DNA from: Octopus sinensis | Taxonomy: Eukaryota | Direction of reading: 5' to 3' | DNA length: 64,000 nucleotides | NCBI RefSeq assembly: GCF_006345805.1 | Contig: NW_021836129.1 | Location: 315,332 to 379,331 of the forward strand | Notes under the pieces: generated by a model | Seen by the model: the letters and a program-made list of their open reading frames with translations, nothing else | What the model was told of the DNA's origin: nothing | Database searches by the model: none | Program-made: the position numbers and the translations under genes | In this document: piece by piece, positions 53,045-64,000 of the stretch | How the letters are laid out: each line of letters starts with the position of its first letter | Position numbering within the stretch: position 1 is the stretch's first letter

Positions 53045-54789
53045 CAGTCCGACCCCCAAATGGGGCACCAAGTGCCCCAAAATGCGGGGGTGCCCCAAAA
53101 ACAGGGGTTTGTTATTTTTTTAAAAATTAAACCATTAATAAACATCAAAAAACATTTTTACTAAAATATTCAGTTATTTTCTTTTTATTTGTAGAGTTTT
53201 GTCTGATATTGTTCGTCAATTTCAGCCGAAAATCAAAAAAATCTCGGAGCATACTTGGTGCAACATTAGAAATTTTTTCTTCTAAATTGTTAAGCAGATC
53301 TTTTGTTTTTGCTACGACATTTTCACTATTTTCGGTTTCTGAATATGTATCATAAACATTATTGTTCATGTCTTCGCATTCTCCATCAATTGTTTCGTTA
53401 ACAACTTGATCTAAATGTTCATCTGTTAGACAGTTTTTTGTTGCATAAGAATCACGGTTCCTGTCGATTTTCTTCCAACAATTAACAATACTTTTAGCAT
53501 CTATTTTCTCCCATCCTTTTGAAATTAGCATCATAACCTGACGCAAATTTAATTTACCAATAGAATGTGTAAAATCGTTTTCGAAATCTTGAAAACATAA
53601 AAATTCCATTAAGAAAGAGGAATAATAATCTTTAAAAATCTTGATTATTCCCATATCCAAAGGTTGTAAATAGGGCGTTGTATTTTTCGGCAAAAATAAA
53701 AATTCGATGTTCGAACATTCGGCAGTTTTATGGCATCCCGCATTGTCAAGTATTAATAATATTTTTCTGTTGTTTTTGCAAAACGATTCATTTATAAGTG
53801 TAAGCCAACTCATAAAAGTCTTTCCAGTCATCCATGCATTTTGAGAAGATGAATACAATAACCCAAAATCTTGAACATCAAAATTTTTTAGACACCGAGG
53901 TTTTTTATATTTTCCAATAATCAATGGATTAAGTTTTTCCCCGATTAAACTGCAGCATAGAAGAACAGTGAGTCTTTCTTTCCCTTGTTTATAACCAAAA
54001 CACGGTTCGCCTTGTTCAACAAATGATTTTTGAGGAGTTCTTTTTATAAAAAGCGCAGTTTCATCACAATTAAATATATTCTCAGGTCCATATTTTAATA
54101 CTTTCTGGTCATATTTTTCAAAATAATTTTTCACATAAGATAAATCACATGAAGCTTTTTCACCACATATTGACTTGAATTGAAGTTCATGCCGCAATTT
54201 AAATCTATCAAGCCACCCATTGGAAGCTTTAAAAGAAGTAAATCCAATTTTTGAAGCTGTAACTAAGGCAATTTTTTTCAAAATAGGGCCTGAAATCGGA
54301 ATTTTATCTACGCGTAGTCTTTGAAATATTTCAAAGACTTGATCATCAAATTTATCTTTATCGGCTTTAAATGTGTCATATTCCTCAGAAATAGTATTGC
54401 CGTGTTGCAAGAAAGGTACAATATTTCGTTTTATTCTTGATATTGTTCCTTTACTTGTGTTGTACTTTTTCATTAGTTGCCTCTCAGATAAATTTTTCTT
54501 CAAAATTTCTTTAGCAATCTTCAATTTAGTTTCGTAATCCATAACCACAACAATAAAAATATAAATTGAAAATAAAACAAAAAATAATTAATTTATTATA
54601 ATTTTATTTTATTTTTAATTCCTTATAAATGATTTTATGGTGCCCCAAAAATTCCATAATTTTTTTATCGATTTTTATTTTTTTTCTGCCAAAATGTACT
54701 TTTGGAATAAAGTGCCCCAAATTGCGGGGGTGCCCCAAAATCCGAGGGTGCCCCACCCCTGGGGTCTGCCCCATTTTGGGGTCGGACTG
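53045..54789 (-). mobile_element. Complete pogo/Tigger DNA transposon, 1745 bp
   Basis: 23-bp TIR CAGTCCGACCCC[C/A]AAATGGGGCA at both ends; TA target duplication at 53043-44 and 54790-91; intact transposase. Confidence 0.95.
53145..54548 (-). CDS. Tigger/pogo transposase, 467 aa (HTH_psq, CENP-B HTH, DDE_1; DD29D)
   Basis: ASNGWLDRFK, NCDETALF, ERLTVLLCC, LILDNAGCH, LQPLDMGII. Confidence 0.95.
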   Translation of the reverse strand: MVMDYETKLKIAKEILKKNLSERQLMKKYNTSKGTISRIKRNIVPFLQHGNTISEEYDTFKADKDKFDDQVFEIFQRLRVDKIPISGPILKKIALVTASKIGFTSFKASNGWLDRFKLRHELQFKSICGEKASCDLSYVKNYFEKYDQKVLKYGPENIFNCDETALFIKRTPQKSFVEQGEPCFGYKQGKERLTVLLCCSLIGEKLNPLIIGKYKKPRCLKNFDVQDFGLLYSSSQNAWMTGKTFMSWLTLINESFCKNNRKILLILDNAGCHKTAECSNIEFLFLPKNTTPYLQPLDMGIIKIFKDYYSSFLMEFLCFQDFENDFTHSIGKLNLRQVMMLISKGWEKIDAKSIVNCWKKIDRNRDSYATKNCLTDEHLDQVVNETIDGECEDMNNNVYDTYSETENSENVVAKTKDLLNNLEEKISNVAPSMLRDFFDFRLKLTNNIRQNSTNKKKITEYFSKNVF

Positions 54790-55247
54790 TAGTATGTTCT
54801 ACGGCAGTTGCAATTAATAATAATACATAAACCAATGAATGCACATTTTCAACAAGTAAAAGAACAGGAATCAACTGATTGTTATTTCTTCTGTATAGTT
54901 CTAGTTTTTTCAACCTGAGACATGAGACAGTCACACTATAGTGATTTATTTATTAAATAATAGTTATTTTGGTAACAGGAGAATTGCAGTGGCAATGATT
55001 ACATATTCCATCAGTTGAAAAGACATAAGGCGATTCGTCCACGCCTGTTATAAGGAAACATTTCTTAGCTTTCATGTGGGAATATGCAAACAAACTTAAA
55101 ACAATTTTAGAACTAAATTATTTCCCCATAAATGAAAAGAAATATATCATTCTGTGTTAATTAAACTAATCTCTACAAATTATTAAAATTATTAATTAAT
55201 AATAAATAAATAATAAATATAACCACAAATAGTGAACACAACCCACA

Positions 55248-56615
55248 ATGAAGGACGACGCGGACAGTGCCCTCAACAAGTTCTCAGTTGGGCCACGCTA
55301 CGTGGACGTGAGGCTAATAGGGCGAGGAGCCTACGGAGTGGTGGTGTTGGTAGAATAGTGAGTAATCCCAGTTCTGCCCTGGACACCCTCACAAACGAGC
55401 AGGTGGCAATAAAGAAGATCAGTCCTTTCCAACACAGAGTGTTCTGTCAACGGACATTGAGGGAAATCAAGATCCTCAAACGACTGAGGCACAGAAACGT
55501 GTGTGGGTTGTTATATTGCTAGATTATTCGAATGTTGGACATTATCAGACCCCACAACAGCCACCACTTTAGCATGTCATTCACATTTCTCATTTCTTTA
55601 GATATATTGTTCAGGAATTGATGGAAATTGACTTAAGTAAGCTGATTAAGTCAAACAAACTTAATCCTGATCATATTAAATACTTTCTTTATCAAATTTT
55701 GTGTGGATTGAAATATATTCATTCGCAAATGTCATCCACAGGGATTTAAAGCCATCAAACATTATTATTAACTCAGATTGTGAACTCAAGGTACTACACC
55801 ACATCGTCTTTGTAAATTAAATATTTTATTTACATTTAAATTATTATTAAATATGTGTTATTAATTTAATAGATATGTGATTTTGGACTTTCTCGAGTGG
55901 CCAGTCCGGATAAGGACTATTCGGGGTCTCTCACTGAATATGTGGCCACCCGTTGGTACAGAGCCCCTGAAATCATGCTAAACTCCCGGACATATTCCAA
56001 ATCAAGTATATACTATTATATACTATTAAAGTCGACTTGTGGTCCGTCGGGTGTATATTTGCAGAGATGTTGATAGGCCGGGCACTCTTCCCTGGTCGTG
56101 ACTGTACTGCTGGTTGTGTCATTGTAGATCTCGACCAGCTGAGTCTCATTTTTAAAGTCATTGGGACTCCTACTGTCGACGAACTGAGCTATATTGGAAA
56201 TAAAATGGTTTATTTATTTAAATTAATTATAATAAAACATATTTATTTAATTAATGATAATAGGCTAAAAAATTTGTACTAAATCTCCCGCCATACCCAC
56301 GTGTTGTGTTTGGAGAATATTTCATGTTGGAGGACGAGGAGGGTATTTCTTAATGTTTACTGGAGGGGTTGAAATGTTGCGTAATCTCCTCCTCTTTAAC
56401 CCAGATGAACGAATTAAGGTCGGGGAGGCTCTGTCTCTTCCCTATCTGTCATTTTATCACGACGAGACGTTGGAGGTTGTATATTCTGGTCAATTTAGCC
56501 TGTGGCTGACAGTCCCTTCACTTTTGATACTGACCCTGACATTATGGATAGGCACGAACTGAAAAGAATGCTTTATGAGGAAGCCCTTAATTTTCCGAAT
56601 ATTAGAGCAGATTAA
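55248..56615 (+). CDS. MAPK1: ERK-type MAP kinase
   Basis: [56 protein letters not shown]; multiple introns. Confidence 0.93.
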
Positions 56616-56714
56616 ATTTAATTTAATAAAATTATAAATTAATTATAAAATAAATACTTAATTGGTAAAGCAATTAAGGAATAGATATGAATTTCCAAAT
56701 AAGATTATAATAAA

Positions 56715-58050
56715 ATGAGTGTTTCAGTGGTGTGTGACAATGGAACTGGGGTATAGAATGATATATATAAAAGTATGTAAAATGTGGGTACAACACGGAG
56801 AACATCCCTCGACACGTATTCCCAGCAGTAGTAGGATTCCCAGTAATCCGAGCAGACGTGAAGCAGGACAGTAGAGTGCGAATAAAAGTAAGAGTGTGTG
56901 TGAGTGAAGGACGTGATGGTGGGGTGGGAGGCAGCGGACAACCGTGCATACCTGTCTCTGAAGTACCCAATGGAGAACGGGATAATCCGTGACTGGGAGT
57001 GCATGACCCACCTGTATGACTACACATTCGGAGTGGACTGCCTCAACCTGGAGTGCAAGGACACACGGATAATGCTGACGGAACCCCCCAGCAACCCCCT
57101 GAAGAACAGAGAGAAGATGGCGGAGGTACTCCCCGCTGACCACCCCAGCTCATGTTCGACAAGTACAACTTCCACAGTATATATGTGGCCATTCAGGCAG
57201 TGCTCACTTTGTACGCGCAGGGTAAGGAGGTGTGTGATTGCAGGACTGTTTACTGGGATTGTGTTGGACGCAGGTGATGGAGTGAGTCACGTCTGTCCTG
57301 TCTATGAAGGGTGTTCTATTCCCAGTGCCATTATGAGACTCAACCTGGCTGGGAGGGATGTCAGTTCTCGTCTCCTCAAGGTTGGGGGGTCCCCTCACTC
57401 TAGCTCGTCCAACTCAGAGGATACAACCTCAACAGTCATGCCGACTTGCAGACTGTTGGAGAAATGAAGGAACAGTTGTGCTACGTCGCCTATGACATTG
57501 CCAAAGAACAGAAACTGGCCACCGACACTACTTTTGTCAGAGATAGCTACACGGTTGGCCTCTCTCCTCACTCACAGTTGCCTGATGGAAGGACTATCTC
57601 CATCGAGGAGGAACGCTTTATGGCTCCTGAGATCCTCTTCCATCCTCAACTCGTCGATATTGAACAGGGCGGAGTCCATTCCTTATGCTTCCAGTCCATC
57701 AATGTACAGAATGTTCTCGAATGTTCTAGAAATGTGACATCGACGTCAGGACCAGTCTTCTTAAGGAAATCAACCTATCCGGAGGCACTACCATGCTCCC
57801 CGGATTCCCCTCTCGCCTAGAAAGGGAAATTAAACGTCTCCACTCTGAGAAAGTGGGCACTGCCAATGTTGAGTTGTCTTGTCATTGGCAGAAGACCCCC
57901 ATTAACATTAAGGACCCCCCTTATAGGAAGAACTTGGTCTTCCAGGGGGCCGCAGTCCTGGCCGGGGTCATTCAGAACAATGACTCCGCCTGGGTCACCC
58001 AACAGGAGTATAGAGAGCAGGGAGTCAGGTGTATGGCTAAACTTAAATAA
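56715..58050 (+). CDS. ACTR2: Actin-related protein 2
   Basis: VVCDNGTG|[32 protein letters not shown] and the Arp2-type [19 protein letters not shown]. Confidence 0.9.
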
Positions 58051-58120
58051 GATTAATTTAATTTAAATCAGGAATATTTTAATTGGTTTTAATATAATAA
58101 AATAATTAAATATTCTGGTG

Positions 58121-60560
58121 ATGTTAGACGAGTCTTTTACTATTGGTGAACAGGCCAGCAGAACGCACTAGCATCCATCAAAAACCTGTTTCAAGTACAA
58201 CTAGTGAGTCATGTCACAGGACCCCAAACAATTAGACCGACTGGACCAAATAAAACTAAGAAATTCACAAAATCTTGTATTTATATAAATAATGCAGAAA
58301 AATGCGGAATCAAACCTAAGAAAGTTTATTGAATGTTATGTCAGTGATATTCGAACTGCCATTGATTTGTTAGAGACATCAAAGTCCAGTTATAACCAAG
58401 TCCTCGACTGGTTGTCCTCCCTTCCCTAAAGACCAGCATGAACTCCATTGGGGAACAAGTCAAGGATTCTGTCCTCACATCCCCCGCCTTTGATAAACTT
58501 GCCCAGGAGAACATTGAGTATGAAAAGGTCACTTTTCGCCACAACGACCTCCTAGTTAAAGTCAGCACTGTCCAATGCAGAAATCATCAACAAGGCCTCC
58601 TCCATGTTTGAAAATGCCCGCCAATTTATTAAAGCAGAGAACTTTCTGAGCGCACACGCAATGTAATTATTCCATTCTTTCTGGAACGTTCTGGAACATT
58701 CTAGAATGTTCTGGAATGTTATTGTGGTTATTTAGATTGATGGAATTGGAGCAATGTGGGCTCAATCTGGTGTCTGAGGGGGAGCTTGATGGGAGGATCC
58801 TCACGTTCTTTGAAGACCTGGACAATATTGTGGAGGAACTGTTTGGAAGTCTGACAGTAGTGATTCGAAGACTGGTCCTCCACCTGAGGAGGTCTCCCTC
58901 TTCTGTGGTGACAGCAATCCGCATAATCGAACGAGAGTGCAAGTATGTGTTTATATTAATAGCAGAATTGATGCCAGTTTTGAGGAACTGTTCGAAAGGA
59001 CAAACTTTAGACCAAAAGGACGCCCAAAATGCCTGAGAAAACGTTTTTTCTCACTGATTGGTGAAAACATTGTGGAACGAGTGGAAGGGTGTCAAGTGGA
59101 GGACAGAGGGGAGGAGACGTGGATCCTAAAATACCTGGAGAGTGTGGTGGAGGTGACGAAGGCGGACCTGTCTGTGATAGGAGTATATATAGTGGATAAC
59201 CAGGCGTACAGTGAGGAATGTTTTCCCCGTGAGTACAACATGTTGAGTGAATACAGTGAGTGCTACCACAGGGTGGTGAGTGAGCGAGTATGTGTTGAGA
59301 ATGAGGAGTAGTTGGAGTACTTGGTGAGTGAGGCAGAGGGCAATCAGATGCTGTCCTTGATTAATTGGTTGGACAAGGCAGTGTGAGTGAGTGAGTATAT
59401 ATAGCAGATGTGGGTGTTTCTTCGTGGATATAAAGGTGGGGTATGACTTTGGAGTGTGTGGGCCATTGGTGAGTGAGGAGGTGATGGAGGGACTGATGAG
59501 CAGATTCCTGGCCCACTACTCGGAGGAATTGGGGTGGTGTATGAGGAAGGGACTGGAACAGGACAGGGCGGACTGGCATTCGAGGACAGAGCCCGAGACC
59601 AATTCGAGTGATAAATATTTGACTTGTCTGTACATGTCAGTGGTGGGGATGCACGAACAACGATTGAGAGTGATAAGGCAAGTGGAGGGGTATCCTCTCC
59701 TGGGAAGGGCAATGGAAGTGTCCCTCCACTCCCTCATCTCCTTCCTCCCCCACTACAGACGTACTCCTCCTATATATAGTAGACGAGCTGACGTGTGTAA
59801 TCCAACAACACGGGCAGGACAGGAGTGTGCCTCCCCTCTTCACCCACTACATGATTGCCAACTCCAATAACCTCCTCTACATGTCCTCTGCCCTCACCAG
59901 GCTCATTACTGGAGTGGACGTGCAGGTGTTTGAGAGTGCCTGTCAGTGTCTGTCCAGTCTGTGGTAGGCACTGTGCTAATGGACAGTCTACAGGCACTCT
60001 TCGACGAAGTGGTCCTCGATTTGGCCAAACTATGTCGCCAGTTGGCCACCCACAGTGTGACCGACATCATTTGTGTCACCATCGAGGACTACTGGCAGCA
60101 CTACTCCAAACTCTGTCACCCCACTCCCCTCCTCCACAGACTCAGAGACCACCTCCTGTTGGCCTATGTGGACGCACTGTACACACACACTCACATCCCT
60201 CAGCAAACTCAATTGGAAGAGGGCAGTAGTCCATGTCCACAAGTTGGAGACGTTGTTTGGGCGGCTGGCCGACAGTCCCCTCCCTCCCCCTTCTTTCCAC
60301 TTTTTGGATGACATGCTCAGACTGTTAAAGCAGGAGGACAGGTCGATGATGTTCATTGAGATCACAGTTGTGTCCTGTCTTATGTTGTAGGAGTTTATTG
60401 ACAAGTACGACCAGATCACCCCGAAACAGGTCGTGTCCATTGTCGCATTCGAGATGACTTTAGAAAGGCTGCTGTCAGGGATGTCCTCAGAGACACCTTC
60501 AGTCAAGACTTTCTTCACAAGACTAAGCCTGTCTCCGGATTCTTCTCCTTACTCCCTTGA
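58121..60560 (+). CDS. EXOC3: Exocyst component 3 (Sec6)
   Basis: DPKQLDRLDQ, SVVTAIRIIERE, FRPKGRPK, ERVEGCQ, ECFPREY, VTIEDY; several indels; exact stop uncertain. Confidence 0.85.
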
Positions 60561-60996
60561 CTATTTAATGCACTTTTTGATGTTTTTTGGGGTTTGAAAT
60601 ATTAAATGTTAAATTGATGGGGTTAAACGAGTTGTTCTTTTTAAAATAATGAGTAATAATTAAATACATTATTGGTTGTGGGTCACTCTTGTGTGCTTGT
60701 TGGGTGTTGTTAAAAAATCAAAGGGAGATGCAATTTAATGGAGATTAGAGGTATGAATAATTACAAATATATTTTATATTTATTCTAGTCATTATTTAGT
60801 TTTTTATTTAATTATTATTTGTTAATTTCAACAATATTTAATGTTGTAATTATACATCTTGATGAATAAACAGTCAAATATCCACAAATTTGAATTTGCT
60901 TTATTTAAATATATATATTATTATTTTAATATATTCCAGGTCGGTCTACCATTTAAAACTAACTGATTGAGCATACTATTACGTTATTCTTGTTGT

Positions 60997-61421
60997 ATGG
61001 TTATACCACCTCGTTTGACTGTTTTGTAGGGCATCGGAAAGTCTGGGAAATCCAAATCCAAGCCAATTTCTCGGTCAGTGAGAGCCGGCTGATTGTACTC
61101 CTCCATTAGTCCACTATTTAGTTCCCGTTGGGAAGATCCACAACATGATGAAGGCACAATGTCCTGGAAAACTCGTGTGGGAGTCACTGCCGCTGTGTAT
61201 GCGTGTGCTGTGCTCGAGTATTTGGCTGCTGAAGTACTGGAGTTGGCGGGAAATGCGACGAAGGAGATGAAGGCCAGACGGGTGACTCCGAGACATCTTC
61301 TTTTGGCCATTCGGGGGGACGAGGAGTTGGATATTCTCATCAAGGCTACTATTTCCGGGGAGGGGTCATGCCACAAGTCCACCGGTTTGTTATTCCCCAA
61401 GAGAAGCCACTTATGGAGTAA
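60997..61421 (+). CDS. H2AZ1: Histone H2A.Z variant
   Basis: ATG|intron; [62 protein letters not shown]; four 1-bp homopolymer deletions. Confidence 0.92.
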
Positions 61422-62661
61422 TTTGATTTATCACTTTGGACTTTTTGTTTCCACTTTTGTTTAATTTGTTTTATCATCACAATTTAATCAATACAAAGTA
61501 ATTAAGACATCTCCATTTTTATTGTTCATTACGTTGACTAGTGAGCACTTGATATATTCTGTTTTGCTTTTGTACGATATTGAGGCACTGGTTTTTTACT
61601 TGGGTTTAGGTTGTCAAACATACTTTTTGTAATTTAGATAAGGTGAGTAGTGCCCCTACGTTTTTGTTTCTATGCGGTTTTTTAATGATTCAAAAGTGTA
61701 TGATACCAATAAAGCCTATATTTCTATGTTGATTTTTAAGGAATTATTTACAGTCTCGACTTTTTCGATTTTTATATTATCTACAGTTCCCGACAAAAAA
61801 AAGATTTGTTATAAATCTACTTATTTCTTAAAAAAATTGTTTTTTTATTTTTAAAATTGAATTTTACTTGAAAATTTTAATTTTCCTAAACATAATTAAT
61901 TGAAATTTATAAGTTGATATCCACCCAAGAGCCTCAAAAACTTCAAAACTTTTTTTCATGGACATAACAAGATTTTCTGATAATTTTTACGTATTGATTT
62001 CCAGATTGCGAATAAATAATTTTTTTAATTTTTGAATGGATTTTGAAATAATTTACTCTTCATTATCGTCCAAACATGCTCTACTGAATTTTTTTATACA
62101 TGATAATATTTTCGTTCTTATGGAGGCAACTTGTATAAAGATAACTGATAGAATCGACGCGAGTCGAAAATCTTCCAGAAGTCTAAAATAAACTCAATTA
62201 TTAACCGTCTCTATTAACATAGCAGTCCCATCCACTATCCTATAGTCCCTTGTAACAATATTTGAGATTTTCTTCCCCAATAAACTTAACTAAGAAATCA
62301 TTAACTTGACTAAACTTACCGAAATAGACCCCAAACAACGATTTCAGTTCAATGCATAACAAAGATAGTTTATCTACAAAAAATAAATCAATTGAAGCAT
62401 TTCCTTTTTGATTTTAACGTCAAAGTTACATGTCCAGTTAATGTCGCCTAAAAATATCTCTTTTGAACTAAATTTTATTTTCAAAAGAAAATTCATCGAA
62501 TAAACAATAAATCTCGAAAGTTGTTCTACAAGTTTATTCTTTAAACTTTCTCACTAAAACAACTCTCTGATTATGTGCATCGATAGTTGGATAAATTTTT
62601 TTTAATGTTCACATCGTACATTTTACTTGGAACAAAAAATTAATTTCATACAAGTTCAGTA

Positions 62662-64000
62662 CAGTACGACCCCGGTTTGGGGCAGCATTTTTATCATAGT
62701 GCCCCAAAAAGCGGGGGTGCCCCAAAATGCGAGGGTAAAGATTTTTGCTTTTATTTTCTCCTCAATAGATTTTTTATGCTTTTAGACTATAAATTAAATT
62801 ATTTAATATTAATAAAAATTCTAACATAGTCTTTCTTAATAAATTTAAAAATTTATAATAAATCCAACAAAAAATACTATTAAAAGTAATCAGTAATTTT
62901 CTCACCGAATTTGGTTTTTTCAGTTCTCCTGATAGGTTTTTTCTAAATTCGTAGTAGATTTCAAAATTGGTGGACATGTACTGAAAATATTATCTTCTAG
63001 AGAATTCACGATGTTTATGATTTCTTTAATTGATGATTTTTTAGATTCATATCCATCATAAGTAATTTTGTCCTCAATAATATCTGTCGAATCCATTGAA
63101 ATAACATCTGAAATCACGTCATCTATTAATTCTTCGTCCAACTGTACATTATCCGAAATTTTTGATCTGTTTTCATTTATTTTCTGCCAGCAATTAATTA
63201 TCGTTGTCTCTGACATCATTTTCCATGCCTCCCGACAACTGTAATGACTTGTCTAAGATTGACATTATTCAAATTCAAATCAGAAAGCTGTTCTTTTTCA
63301 AATATAAGAGTAAAATCAATCAGTTTATTGAAATAGAGGGACTTGAAGGATTTTATTATTCCCATATCTAGGGGTTGAATTAAAGCGGTCGTATTTTGGG
63401 AAGAAAAAGTAAATAAACATTGGAATATTCTGTATTTCTGTGACAGCGCTCGCATTATCCAGTATTAGACAATTTTTCTCTTTTCATTGATCATATCTTG
63501 ATTTACTTTCCATAACCATTTCCCAAAAATATCACTAGTCATCCACGAATTTTTTGATGCAGCATATAGTACTCCGTGATCCTCAGCGTTAAAATTTTTT
63601 AAACACCTAGGAGATTTGAATTTTCCAATTAATAGAGGTTTTAACTTTTCACCAAGTGCATTACAACAAAGGAGAAGGGTAACTTTCTCTTTGCTCATTT
63701 TAATTCCATTGCATTTGTCATTAAATTGAACAAAGATTTTCGACGGCGTTCGCTTTATGTTAAAGCTGTTTCATCACAGTTAAAAATATTTCACTTCCTA
63801 CAGTTTCCAAACAGTTGTCATAATCAGCAAAAAAATTGGAAACCGTATAAAGGTCAGATGACTTCTTTTCTATTCTCCACTATAGTTTTAAATAGCAGAC
63901 TCGTGGCTTTTCTTGAACCGGTCTATCCATCCATTGGAGCCTTAAATGATTCATAATTTATCTTTTTGATAATTTTTTTGCAATCAGTTTTTAGATAGTA
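62662..64000 (-). mobile_element. Second, diverged and frameshifted pogo/Tigger copy running off the window
   Basis: TA then TIR CAGTACGACCCCGGTTTGGGGCA; fragments KEKVTLLLCC, IQPLDMGII. Confidence 0.88.

Noticed and set aside
60997-61421. Insertional RNA editing or programmed frameshifting to explain frameshifts in essential genes (H2A.Z, IMPDH, PPIG, EXOC3, ERK)
   Set aside because: The indels fall in homopolymer runs of any base, include insertions as well as deletions, also distinguish the two duplicate copies, and are absent from the pogo and CRE ORFs. Long-read consensus error is simpler; short-read polishing would settle it.
12861-61421. Genome-wide reassignment of TGA to Trp
   Set aside because: Trp codons read in eIF4E, AP1M, aconitase, PHTF, ERK, ARP2 and EXOC3 are TGG, and TGA terminates AP1M and PPIG.

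Overview
AT-rich animal nuclear DNA with very small GT-AG introns (mostly 20-33 nt). By inference this is a reduced parasite such as a dicyemid mesozoan, or possibly a myxozoan. Roughly 1-12 kb and 43-55 kb are dominated by decayed transposons: IS630/Tc1, hAT, rve-integrase, several LINE clades, CRE-like retroelements, an intact TA-flanked pogo/Tigger element, and a ~30-copy 116-bp tandem array. Tightly packed intron-rich genes reconstructed by hand are PPIG, OSTC, eIF4E, a duplicated secreted LRR protein, AP-1 mu, IMPDH, a degenerate aconitase/IRP1 homolog, PHTF, ERK, ARP2, EXOC3 and H2A.Z. The most striking structure is a TRRAP/Tra1-like gene whose consecutive parts lie in alternating orientation (minus at ~33.5-29.3 kb, plus at 16.7-22.7 kb, minus at ~16.0-15.6 kb). 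One inversion bounded by a 13-bp inverted repeat (16599-16611 / 23877-23889) would make it collinear. A 3.7-kb tandem duplication with a LINE at its junction overlaps this locus. Many genes carry 1-bp homopolymer indels that look like long-read consensus errors, so exon boundaries are approximate. All protein comparisons are by eye against remembered reference sequences; no searches were run.
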